A DNA stretch of 63,145 nt from an uncultured Planctomycetia bacterium (lineage in GTDB: Bacteria > Omnitrophota > Gorgyraeia > 2-02-FULL-51-18 > JAGOUK01). The DNA lies in assembly GCA_964430735.1 (NCBI GenBank), contig CAYSFB010000012.1, positions 1 to 63,145 on the forward strand, written 5' to 3'. A program made the translations under genes and the position numbers. Numbering within the stretch: the first letter of the stretch is position 1; every line of letters begins with the position of its first letter. This document shows positions 18,692 through 26,949 of the stretch, in pieces. Under the pieces are notes generated by a model. The model was not told where the DNA came from, made no database searches, and saw only the letters and a program-made list of their open reading frames with translations.

Positions 18692-19525
18692 TTACTGCGC
18701 CGTTTTCTTGGTCAGCGAGCCGAACAGGTCCGCAACCCCCTTCACCGCTTCGTCCGCCGTTTTCGACAAATCCTTGGTCGCTCCCGACAGGGCTTCCTGG
18801 GCCTGCTTCGCGGTCGCCGATCCCAAATCCTTGAATTTGCCCAGACCGAGCTGCTCGAAGTTGACGCCCGACAGATCCAGCTGCGACGTCAGACCCTTGA
18901 GGTCGAAGTTCACCAGCTTCCCGATCGTCGTGTTGTAAAGCACCTTGGTCATGATGAGCGGAAGGATCGCGTTGACGTTCGACACGTTCCGGTACGTCTC
19001 GTCCAAACCGAGGTCGAACTCCTGGACGGACGGCGAACCGACTTTGGAGTAATCCTTGTAAATCACCTTGCCGATCTTCAGACGCAGCTGGTCGATCTGG
19101 ATCTGGGGAGCCTTGGCGGGCTTGGAGGTCTTGCCCGAGGCGTCTTTCGAACCGGCGGGTTTGAGATAGTCCAAATTGAGCTTCCCGTCCTTGTTCTTCA
19201 CGATTACGAATTCCTTGAGGTCGATCTGCACTTCCTCCAGATGCGGCGCGCCCTTGAACAGCGACGCAGGCACGAGGTCCACGAGCAGAGCCGGCATATC
19301 CATCATGATCGGGTCGGCAAACCCGGCCGGATTCTTGAGTTCGATCGACCGGGCGTCCAATTTGCCGGCCATCAGACCGAGATTCAGCGATCCGATCTTG
19401 AGGTCCAGACCCGTCACCTGCTTGAACACGCCCTGAACCGCCCCCTGAGCGATGCTGTTTTTGAGAACGGCCAGCGCGAACAGCGCCACGACCGCTACGA
19501 GAAGAATGGATCCGATCTTTTTCAT
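18692..19525 (-). CDS. Hypothetical secreted/membrane-anchored protein (AsmA-like flavour, unassigned)
   Basis: Start moved to ATG 19525 (CAAGGAGACCCC ATG). MKKIGSILLVAVVALFALAVL is a signal/anchor. The upstream 65 aa of the ORF-track version are R/S-rich and overlap mscS. Confidence 0.6.
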   Translation of the reverse strand: MKKIGSILLVAVVALFALAVLKNSIAQGAVQGVFKQVTGLDLKIGSLNLGLMAGKLDARSIELKNPAGFADPIMMDMPALLVDLVPASLFKGAPHLEEVQIDLKEFVIVKNKDGKLNLDYLKPAGSKDASGKTSKPAKAPQIQIDQLRLKIGKVIYKDYSKVGSPSVQEFDLGLDETYRNVSNVNAILPLIMTKVLYNTTIGKLVNFDLKGLTSQLDLSGVNFEQLGLGKFKDLGSATAKQAQEALSGATKDLSKTADEAVKGVADLFGSLTKKTAQ

Positions 19526-19538
19526 GGGGTCTCCTTGT

Positions 19539-20387
19539 TTAAATTTTACCGGCGAGAACGCGCACTTCCCGCTGCGGGAACGGAATCTCGATCTTCGACT
19601 GTTTGATCGCGGCGTAAACGGCGGCGTTGACGCGGTACAGGACCTCATAATACTGTCCCGTCGGGACCCAATAGCGCACGCCGAGGTCCACCGAGGACTC
19701 GCCGAATGCGGCGATGCCAACCTGCGGCTTGGGCTGTTGCGCCACGCTGGGATCGGCGGACAGGGTCTTCAGAATCAATTCAACCGCGGCCTTGGAATCC
19801 GACGCATAGCTGATACCGATCTTCTGGTCGACAATCTTATACTGCTTGGAATTGTAGAGAATCTCACCGACGATGTGCTTGTTGGGGATCGTGATCCGGA
19901 CGCCGTCTTCGTTGCGCAGGGCGGTGAGCGCGAGGTTCACGTCCTCCACCACACCGCTGCAGTCGTTGATCGTCACCGTGTCCCCCACCACGAAAGGCCG
20001 GGTCAGGATGATCGTCAGGCCCGCGCCGTAATTCATCAACGGACCCTGAAACGCGAAGCTCGCGCCGAAAGCCGCGCCGGACAGTGCCGCGACGAACGGC
20101 GTCATCGTGATGCCGAGCTGGTCGAGCGCCATGATGACCGTGAACAGCATGATGATGAAACGGACAACGTTCGACGCGAAGTGCGTGAGCGTGATGTCGA
20201 ACTTTTTTGCGGTCAAAAAGCGCGCGAACATCGCCGCCAGCTGGGCGGCGATCCAGAACCCGACGACGAGAATGATGATCGCGCCCAGGATGTTGAAGCT
20301 GTACTTGACCAAAAATTCAATCGCCAGGTTCGCGATTTCCTGAAACTTGGTGGTTTGTTCCTGCATATAACGCTGCATCTCTTCCAT
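19539..20387 (-). CDS. Small-conductance mechanosensitive channel (MscS family)
   Basis: Three N-terminal TM helices, then the MscS beta-domain GDTVTINDCSGVVEDVNLALTALRNEDGVRITIPNKHIV. Start chosen at MEEMQRY (GGAGGA upstream); the ATG at 20414 is possible. Confidence 0.85.
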   Translation of the reverse strand: MEEMQRYMQEQTTKFQEIANLAIEFLVKYSFNILGAIIILVVGFWIAAQLAAMFARFLTAKKFDITLTHFASNVVRFIIMLFTVIMALDQLGITMTPFVAALSGAAFGASFAFQGPLMNYGAGLTIILTRPFVVGDTVTINDCSGVVEDVNLALTALRNEDGVRITIPNKHIVGEILYNSKQYKIVDQKIGISYASDSKAAVELILKTLSADPSVAQQPKPQVGIAAFGESSVDLGVRYWVPTGQYYEVLYRVNAAVYAAIKQSKIEIPFPQREVRVLAGKI

Positions 20388-20464
20388 AAATGAAGAATCC
20401 TCCCCGGCAATCATGCGCCGGGGAGGATTCTTTTGTCAATTGGTCAGAACAACCTCAGAACCGA

Positions 20465-22912
20465 TTAGCGGACCTCGATCACGGGAACGGGCTTCATGTT
20501 GACCTTGGCGTCAAACCCGGAGCTCGACTCGCTGCAAGGCGTGTTCGATCCGTCGTTGACGGTGAGCGTCACTTTGTAAGCACCGTTCTTGCGGTACGTG
20601 TGCGAGACCTTCGCGCCTTCGGCCGTATTGCCGTCGCCGAAGTTCCACTTGTAGGTCAGGACGTTGCCGTCCGCGTCGGTGGAGGCGGTGCCGTCGAATT
20701 CGACCTGCTCATCCAGGCAGCAGACCTGATTCTTGCCCGCGTTGGCCGCAGGGACGGTGTTCACACGGACGTAGGCCGTATCGGAAGCGACGGAGCAGGA
20801 TCCGCCCTTACCGTCGTCGGCCGTCACGGTGACGACGTAGAAGCCGCCCTTCGCGTACGTATGGGTCACGTTGGATCCGCCGGTCTGGGTGGTGCCGTCA
20901 CCGAAGTCCCAGGTCAGCTTCACCGCGTCGCCGTCCGGGTCGGAGGCGGTCGCGGCGATCGCGACGGTCTTGCCGACGCAGGTCGGCTGGGCGTCGTCGA
21001 CCGAAACGCTCGGAGCGGAGTTGATCGTCACAGGCACCGAAGCGGAAGCGGTCGAGCAGGGCGTTCCCTTGCCGTCGTCAACGGTGAGAGTCGCCTTGTA
21101 GTTGCCGCCCTTGGTGTAGGTGTGCGTCGCAACCTTGCCGGTGCCGGTCGTGCCGTCGCCGAAGTCCCAGGTGTAGTTCGCACCTTCCGAGGAACCGGTG
21201 CCGTCGAAGGTCACCGGAGCGCCGGAGCAGGACTTCACGGGCTGGCCCGCAACCGCAACCGGTGCGCGGTTCAGATTGATGTTCACCGAGTCGACCGCCA
21301 CGGAGCAGGCCGCGCCGGAACCGTCTTCGACGGTCAGGGTCGCGCGGTAGCTGCCCGGCTGGCTGTAAACGTGCGTCGCCGAGGCGCCTTCGCCCGTCGT
21401 GCCGTCGCCGAAGTCCCAGCGGTAGGTCAATTTGTCGCCGTCGGCGTCCGATCCGGAACCGTTCAGCTTCACGGTGAAGCCGTCCTGACCCGAACGCTGG
21501 CAAAGCGCGATGTCTTCGCCCGCTTCAGCCGTCGGAGGCGTGTTCACACGAATCGTCTTTTCAGCCGCATCCTGATTGCAGATCGTGTTGGACGCGTCGT
21601 CGACCGAGAGGCGGATCTTGTAGACGCCGCCCTGACCGTACATCTTCGTGACACGCGCGCCTTCGGCGGTCGTGTTGTCGCCCAGCGACCACTGATACTT
21701 CAGCGAGCCGGGAGTGTTGTCGGTCGTGCCGGAAGCGTCCAGCGAAACGGTGTCGTTCACGCAGACCAGGTCCGGCGCGGTGAGCGCGGCCTGAGGCGGC
21801 GTGTTGACCTTGACCGGGGTGCTGGTGACCGCGGTGTTGCAGACGAGACCGGAATTATCCGTGACGGTCAGGATGACGACGTAATCGCCGGCCTTTTCGT
21901 AGGACTTGGTGACGACCGCTTCTTCGCTCGTCGTTCCATCGCCGAAGTCCCAGCGGTACGCGATGCCGTCTTTGTCGTCGTCGTAGGACTTGCGCGCGTC
22001 AAAGGTGTACGTGTTGCACTTGTTCACGGCCGCTTTGGGGGCGGGCATGGGCTTGGGGGCCGGCGCAGCTACGGGAACGCCTTTACGGAAATAAACGGGG
22101 ATCGGGTTGCCCGAACCGTCGGTGATCTTAAGACCCGCGTTGCCGTAAGGCTGAGTCCCCTTGGTGATCACATAGTTCAAACGGGAATTGTTGCCGCCGC
22201 GAAGCTGGACGTCGGTGGTCTTCCACTGACCGCTCAGCGAATCGCCGATCGCGTACTGGGTCTGCTGTTCGCCTTCCAGCAGCACGCTCGAACCGCCTTC
22301 CGCGTCCAAATCCCAGTTGTGCACCGTGATGTTCGTGGTGCTGGCCGGAACTTCGGGATGGAAGGTCATGAGGTCGCCCTGCTTCGGAAGCAGGCGGAAC
22401 GTCATTTTGTAGACGAAGGAATCGGCGTGATCGGGGTAAATGCGGACTTTGAAGAGGTTCTCATCATCACCGGCGGTCGTCTTGGCGACGAGCTTGAACC
22501 GGTAGTTCGAACCGACTTTTTGACCCTGTTCCTTCTTGTAGGGACCGAACTGGAAGTACGCCTGATCGTATTCGGTCGTAAACGACTTGGAATCGATCGT
22601 GGTCGAGCCGACGACGCTGAACTCGGTCGTGGTGTCCCACTGGTTCACCGCCGGATCCTTGCGCCAATCCTTCTTGCCGCTCGTGTCGGGATCGTAGACC
22701 TGGATGATCAGGTCTTCCGAGGAGCTGGCCGGAACGTCCACATACAGCTCGAAGGTGTCCCCTTCGGCGCCCATCAACGGATCGCCTTGAGGGCCGAACA
22801 CGTAGAAGTAGTTGACGTTGGAGTTTTCGCGCGGGACTTCATAGGCCCACGAGGCGCCGCTTCCGGTCAAAAGGAAGCTGACGGCAGCTAGGGTGGCGAG
22901 GATACGTTTCAT
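20465..22912 (-). CDS. Secreted protein with six PKD domains and an unassigned ~300-aa N-terminal domain
   Basis: Signal peptide MKRILATLAAVSFLLTGSGASWA. Six repeats carry W[DNS][FL]GD[GN]T (YRWDFGDGTT, YQWSLGDNTT, YRWDFGDGTT, YTWDFGDGTT, LTWDFGDGTT, YKWNFGDGNT). Confidence 0.9.
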   Translation of the reverse strand: MKRILATLAAVSFLLTGSGASWAYEVPRENSNVNYFYVFGPQGDPLMGAEGDTFELYVDVPASSSEDLIIQVYDPDTSGKKDWRKDPAVNQWDTTTEFSVVGSTTIDSKSFTTEYDQAYFQFGPYKKEQGQKVGSNYRFKLVAKTTAGDDENLFKVRIYPDHADSFVYKMTFRLLPKQGDLMTFHPEVPASTTNITVHNWDLDAEGGSSVLLEGEQQTQYAIGDSLSGQWKTTDVQLRGGNNSRLNYVITKGTQPYGNAGLKITDGSGNPIPVYFRKGVPVAAPAPKPMPAPKAAVNKCNTYTFDARKSYDDDKDGIAYRWDFGDGTTSEEAVVTKSYEKAGDYVVILTVTDNSGLVCNTAVTSTPVKVNTPPQAALTAPDLVCVNDTVSLDASGTTDNTPGSLKYQWSLGDNTTAEGARVTKMYGQGGVYKIRLSVDDASNTICNQDAAEKTIRVNTPPTAEAGEDIALCQRSGQDGFTVKLNGSGSDADGDKLTYRWDFGDGTTGEGASATHVYSQPGSYRATLTVEDGSGAACSVAVDSVNINLNRAPVAVAGQPVKSCSGAPVTFDGTGSSEGANYTWDFGDGTTGTGKVATHTYTKGGNYKATLTVDDGKGTPCSTASASVPVTINSAPSVSVDDAQPTCVGKTVAIAATASDPDGDAVKLTWDFGDGTTQTGGSNVTHTYAKGGFYVVTVTADDGKGGSCSVASDTAYVRVNTVPAANAGKNQVCCLDEQVEFDGTASTDADGNVLTYKWNFGDGNTAEGAKVSHTYRKNGAYKVTLTVNDGSNTPCSESSSGFDAKVNMKPVPVIEVR

Positions 22913-23021
22913 TCACTTCTCCTTGTTCTTGAGCGATTCACAGAAACCAAAAAGTACTTTAATCCAATCGGACCCTGAACGGAATCAGGACAAACTCCAA
23001 CCCCCTCATCGGGGAAAACCC

Positions 23022-23453
23022 TTACTTTTTCAGCAGATCGCGGATCTCTTCGAGCAACACTTCCTGGCGGGGCGGAGCCGGAGGAGGGACCGCGACGCTC
23101 GGAGCGGCCGCTTCCTTCTTCTTGGCGGTGTTGATCGCCTTGACCAGGATAAAAACGCAAAAAGCGACGATGACGAAGTTGATGATGTTGTTGATGAACA
23201 CGCCGTAGTTCAGCGTGGCGGCGCCGGCGGCCTGGGCCTCGGCGAGCGACTTGTACTGCTCAGGACCGAGAGTGACGAAAAGGCTGGAAAAATCCACGCC
23301 GCCCATGAGCTTTCCAATCGGCGGCATGAGGACGTCCGAGACGAGCGACCCCACGATCTTGCCGAATGCGCCGCCGATGATGACACCGACCGCCATGTCG
23401 ACCACATTGCCTTTGACCGCAAAATCCCGGAACTCCTTGAGCATTCCCGACAT
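23022..23453 (-). CDS. mscL: Large-conductance mechanosensitive channel
   Basis: [44 protein letters not shown] is the canonical MscL N-terminus/TM1. 143 aa. Confidence 0.93.
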   Translation of the reverse strand: MSGMLKEFRDFAVKGNVVDMAVGVIIGGAFGKIVGSLVSDVLMPPIGKLMGGVDFSSLFVTLGPEQYKSLAEAQAAGAATLNYGVFINNIINFVIVAFCVFILVKAINTAKKKEAAAPSVAVPPPAPPRQEVLLEEIRDLLKK

Positions 23454-23526
23454 GTCAGACCTTTCTAAAAAGGCACCGGTTCGCTTTACAAAGCCGGCAC
23501 ACGAGGTGAGAGTATGAAGAACGGAA

Positions 23527-23566
23527 GCGAATTTTATATTCGCGCGAAGGGGGTGTCAATACCCCC
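23527..23566 (-). terminator. Candidate terminator hairpins downstream of the RGG-protein gene
   Basis: GGGGGT-GTCAAT-ACCCCC (23549-23566) and GCGAAT-TTTAT-ATTCGC (23527-23543), immediately after the stop at 23581. No clean U-tract. Confidence 0.35.
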
Positions 23567-23580
23567 TCCCCGCGAGGTTT

Positions 23581-23997
23581 TTAGTCGCGATCCTTACGGC
23601 CTTTGTAGAAGGACTTCTTGGGTCCGCCGAAGCCGGGGCGTCCGCCGCCGAAGCCGGGGCGTCCGCCGCTGGGAGGGCCGCCGTTCGGACGGTCGTCCCG
23701 GCGGGGCCGGCCGTAAGAAGGCCTGTCCTGCGAAAAGCCGCCGCGCTCGCCGCGGTCCCGGGGACCCCGGTCGCTGCCGCCGCGGTCCGGACGGCCGTAG
23801 CCGCCGCCCTGGGGAGGTCCGTAGGAACGGAAGGGTTTGGGAGAAAAGTGTCTCTCTTTGAAGGAGGGTTGCTGATCAGCGGCCGTCTGCTGCTGGCTGA
23901 CCAGGAGATCGAGCTTTTTCTCTAAAAAAACCATCTGCTGCTGAATTTTTTTCAACAATGCGATAACGTCGGATTCCTGCTCTAAATGCTCGCTCAT
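23581..23997 (-). CDS. Hypothetical protein: short coiled-coil N-terminus plus R/G/P/D-rich (RGG-like) disordered tail
   Basis: Start at ATG 23997 (AAGGAG upstream). MSEHLEQESDVIALLKKIQQQMVFLEKKLDLL..., then GGGYGRPDRGGSDRGPRDRGERGG...GGRPGFGGGRPGFGG. Confidence 0.55.
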   Translation of the reverse strand: MSEHLEQESDVIALLKKIQQQMVFLEKKLDLLVSQQQTAADQQPSFKERHFSPKPFRSYGPPQGGGYGRPDRGGSDRGPRDRGERGGFSQDRPSYGRPRRDDRPNGGPPSGGRPGFGGGRPGFGGPKKSFYKGRKDRD

Positions 23998-24141
23998 CTT
24001 ACTCCTTTGACTGACTTGGGGTGGGATATCCAGGCAGGACATCCGGGTTGGTGACCCGGACAGTATAAGCGATTCGGCCAAAAAGGGTGAATTTTTATCT
24101 TTTCGCCCTTTTTGGCCGTTTCGGCGGGGTCGGCGGGGTTT

Positions 24142-24876
24142 TTAGTCCCAAAACTCCTCTTCTTTGACCAATTTGCCTTCTGCGTCATAGGTCCGGACGA
24201 TCCGGCGATGCGCGTCCGTCACGGGCGCGGTCCGGGTCGTCCGCACGGAAGACGGGGCCGCCGTGTAGTACACGGTCTGAGGGGTGGACGCAGTCGAGGG
24301 CGTGCCGGTCAGAAAGTCGAGGAGCGCTCCGCCGATCACACTCGTGCCGGCTCCGACCAAAGCGCCGGTTCCCGCGTTGCCGTCTCCGACGCCGGCCGCC
24401 AACGCGCCGACTCCTGCGCCCAAAAGACCCTGTTTGATGACTTTTTTGGCGGAGTCATCCTGGGTCTGGGGCTGGGCATAAGAATAGGCCGGCTGAGAGT
24501 AGGTGTAGACCGGCTCCTGAGCGGGAACCGGTTGGGCGTAGACCGATTGTGAGTAAACGGGCTGAGCCTGCGAGTAATAGACCGGTTGAGCGACATAAGC
24601 CTGCTGTTGGGAAGCGTACACCGTCCGTCCAGACCCGCTCGGTTCGGTCAAAAAGGATAAAAGGGATCCGCCGATGATTTGCGTACCGGCGCCAACCAAC
24701 GCGCCCGTTCCGGCATTCCCTTTTCCGACCCCGGCCGAGATCGCGCCGACGCCCGCGCCCAAAATCCCCTCTTTTAGGAGACTCCTCAGATCAATCTCCG
24801 CATGCGCCTGGCCCGCGCTCACAGACAATCCGACCGCCGCAATCGCCGCCGCCACGCCCCGCTTGAACGTCTTCAT
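24142..24876 (-). CDS. Secreted protein with two glycine-zipper modules separated by a Q/Y/P/A-rich linker
   Basis: Start at ATG 24876 (GGAGGTGA upstream). Signal peptide MKTFKRGVAAAIAAVGLSVSAGQAHA. Duplicated module: GILGAGVGAISAGVGKGNAGTGALVGAGTQIIGGSLLSFLT and GLLGAGVGALAAGVGDGNAGTGALVGAGTSVIGGALLDFLT. Confidence 0.65.
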   Translation of the reverse strand: MKTFKRGVAAAIAAVGLSVSAGQAHAEIDLRSLLKEGILGAGVGAISAGVGKGNAGTGALVGAGTQIIGGSLLSFLTEPSGSGRTVYASQQQAYVAQPVYYSQAQPVYSQSVYAQPVPAQEPVYTYSQPAYSYAQPQTQDDSAKKVIKQGLLGAGVGALAAGVGDGNAGTGALVGAGTSVIGGALLDFLTGTPSTASTPQTVYYTAAPSSVRTTRTAPVTDAHRRIVRTYDAEGKLVKEEEFWD

Positions 24877-25006
24877 GACCTCACCTCCGCTTGAATGTTT
24901 AAAGAGTCTTGCTGCTTTCACTCTTTAGACGCTCCGGCGGAGAAAAAGTTTATTGCCAAAAACTCGGGACATGCACGGATATTAATAGAATAAAAATAGT
25001 GATTAA

Positions 25007-25056
25007 ATAAATAGGGACACGTACTATTTAATCAAATAGTACGTGTCCCTATTTAT
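25007..25056. repeat. Perfect 23-bp inverted repeat (hairpin, 4-nt loop) in an AT-rich intergenic island; possible terminator or operator
   Basis: Arms 25007-25029 (ATAAATAGGGACACGTACTATTT) and 25034-25056 are exact reverse complements around the loop AATC. Lies between the stop at 25073 and the start at 24876 of two minus-strand genes. Confidence 0.9.
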
Positions 25057-25072
25057 ATCGTTGTTGGAAGGG

Positions 25073-25639
25073 TTATTTATTTGACCAGGAGCCGTCGGCC
25101 GATTGAAAAAGGGCGCCGGACGGAAGGCCTTCACGGATACGCTCGGCATACACCTTTTGAACGTCCTGCACCGACGAACCGTTTTTCCGCGCAATCGCGC
25201 GGTAAATGATCATGCGATCGGAGTTTTCCGCGCTCAAAATCGCCTGAGCATTGGCGTCGGCAGACGATCCGCGGGCCGTCACCAGCCCGGTATTCGCTTC
25301 ACCCAGCACGCCCTTCACTTCCAGCGCGATCAAATCGGCCCGGCGGTCCCTGCGGCGATAAGCCGCTTCGGTGGCCTCCAAACCCAACCCACCGTCTTCC
25401 GCATAGGCGGTGCCGACCCAAAAACCAGCGACCGAACTGAGCATCGTGGCCCCTTTGCCGGAACGTCCCTCGACGATGCTCTCGATATCGTCCGCATCCT
25501 TCACCACGTGCTGGTACACGTCCAGCCGCATCGCGATGTCCATCTTGATCGGATCCTTCGGCGCCTTCACCTCGACGGACGCGCAGCCGATCACCGCGAC
25601 CAAAAGACCGAGCGCCAAAAATTGCATTTTATTTTTCAT
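25073..25639 (-). CDS. Lipoprotein: apparent YnbE-like N-terminal module fused to a YdbL/DUF1318 domain
   Basis: Start at ATG 25639 (AAGGGGGA upstream). Lipobox LVAVIGC. ASVEVKAPKDPIKMDIAMRLDVYQHVVKDADDIESIVEG resembles YnbE. The C-terminus GVLGEANTGLV...ILSAENSDRMIIYRAIARKNGSSVQDVQKVYAERIREGLPSGALFQSADGSW resembles YdbL (E. coli sequences recalled from memory). Confidence 0.7.
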   Translation of the reverse strand: MKNKMQFLALGLLVAVIGCASVEVKAPKDPIKMDIAMRLDVYQHVVKDADDIESIVEGRSGKGATMLSSVAGFWVGTAYAEDGGLGLEATEAAYRRRDRRADLIALEVKGVLGEANTGLVTARGSSADANAQAILSAENSDRMIIYRAIARKNGSSVQDVQKVYAERIREGLPSGALFQSADGSWSNK

Positions 25640-25662
25640 TCCGTCCCCCTTGTCCAATCCGG

Positions 25663-26763
25663 TTAAAGAACGTCGTGCAGATTGATTTCAAAATCCCGTT
25701 TTCCCTTGGCTCCGTCGAGCCGGACGCCCAGCCGCAGGTTCCGCTCATCCATGCCGAGCGAGACGGAACCGGCGTCAAAATGATATTCCTTGAAGGCCGC
25801 TTCGACAAGCGCCATCGGCTGCTTCGTGTTCTGCGCCAGGTATCTTAAAAAATCCGCATCTCGAATCACGAGGTTGCCGCCCTTTTCGTCGGCTGCCAAG
25901 TCCCCGTCCAGCTGCCGGACCCCGCCAAGGTCGCCCCGGATGCTGATCTTGCCGGCAAGCTTGCCGTCGACGCTCACTTTTTTCCGGAGGTTGAGGTCGT
26001 CCGTCAACGCATCGAGGTCCAGGTCGCGGATTTCAAAATTGGCCGCATATCCAAACGGGTTCTCCGTTTCCAAGTGCGCGCGGCCGCCGGCCGTCCCCTT
26101 GACCCACGACCCCGAGAGCGGGTCGATCGCAATCACGGTCTCTTCCCACACCACCGTCCCCCGGATGTCGTTCACGCGGACCTTGCCCGCAGTCAAACGA
26201 CCGATGCTCAGCGTGCCGGGCGCCCCGCCGGGAAGTTCCAGCGCGATGGTCTCGGCCTTAAACGTTCCGCTCACGAGCGCATCCGACCGCAAACGTGCGG
26301 ACCGGACTTGAAGCTGCTTCAGGTCGCACACCACCGAGCCCGTGACGTCTCCTTTGATCCCCGGAAGCCTGAATTCGATCTTCAGACCGCGTACCTCAAG
26401 CGCCGAAAACGGAGACTTGAACACAGGTGCAGGGGCGGCGGCCGCAACGCCGGCTGGCCGGGAACCGGAAGGGATTTTCTGGATGCGGATCCGAGGTTCG
26501 GTCAAAAGGAGTTTGAGCGCTGGGTCGACGGAAGCATGGGGGAGCCGAACGGAGTAACCGTCGGCCTCAACGCGCACGTCGGCGACGGCAAGGGCCGGAG
26601 GCCATTCGATCGAAAGTCGCCCGACGGATACCCGGGCGTCCTTGAACACGTTTTGCAGCTCCCGCTCGATCCGGTCCCGCGCCATCCCGGGCAGCACCCA
26701 AACCGCCGCCGCAACCGCAACGGTCAAAACAACGATCCAGGCCCAAACCGCTTTTTTAATCAC
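25663..26763 (-). CDS. Membrane-anchored YdbH-like / AsmA-like family protein (tentative)
   Basis: N-terminal TM MIKKAVWAWIVVLTVAVAAAVWV, then beta-rich repeats. The call rests mainly on synteny with the YnbE/YdbL gene 5 nt downstream. 366 aa, much shorter than E. coli YdbH. Confidence 0.5.
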   Translation of the reverse strand: MIKKAVWAWIVVLTVAVAAAVWVLPGMARDRIERELQNVFKDARVSVGRLSIEWPPALAVADVRVEADGYSVRLPHASVDPALKLLLTEPRIRIQKIPSGSRPAGVAAAAPAPVFKSPFSALEVRGLKIEFRLPGIKGDVTGSVVCDLKQLQVRSARLRSDALVSGTFKAETIALELPGGAPGTLSIGRLTAGKVRVNDIRGTVVWEETVIAIDPLSGSWVKGTAGGRAHLETENPFGYAANFEIRDLDLDALTDDLNLRKKVSVDGKLAGKISIRGDLGGVRQLDGDLAADEKGGNLVIRDADFLRYLAQNTKQPMALVEAAFKEYHFDAGSVSLGMDERNLRLGVRLDGAKGKRDFEINLHDVL

Positions 26764-26944
26764 GGAACAGCCAGAGCCCCGCGGTCAAGGAAACGCCGAT
26801 CAACCACAACAACGGCGTGCTCTTTAAAAAATAACTGCCGGCCACGAGCAGCCCTCCGATGACCATGGGCTTTGGCCGGGCCTGACGGTGGCCGTACAGC
26901 AGCGCGGCCGAACCGATCCCGCCGAAGAGAATACCGCTGAGCAT
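26756..26944 (-). CDS. Small 2-TM membrane protein (62 aa)
   Basis: MLSGILFGGIGSAALLYGH...MVIGGLLVAGSYFL...LLWLIGVSLTAGLWLF. 8-nt overlap with the downstream gene and 5 nt after the RND stop. Confidence 0.45.
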   Translation of the reverse strand: MLSGILFGGIGSAALLYGHRQARPKPMVIGGLLVAGSYFLKSTPLLWLIGVSLTAGLWLFRD

Positions 26945-26949
26945 CAGGT

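Noticed and set aside
19526-19720. N-terminal extension of ORF 18692..19720
   Set aside because: It is an R/S-rich segment overlapping the mscS 3' end. The internal ATG at 19525 has a good SD and starts a signal/anchor sequence.
20390-22891. 833-aa plus-strand ORF
   Set aside because: It is antisense to the PKD-repeat gene, which has a signal peptide and six canonical PKD motifs. The product is R/G/V/A-rich with no motifs.
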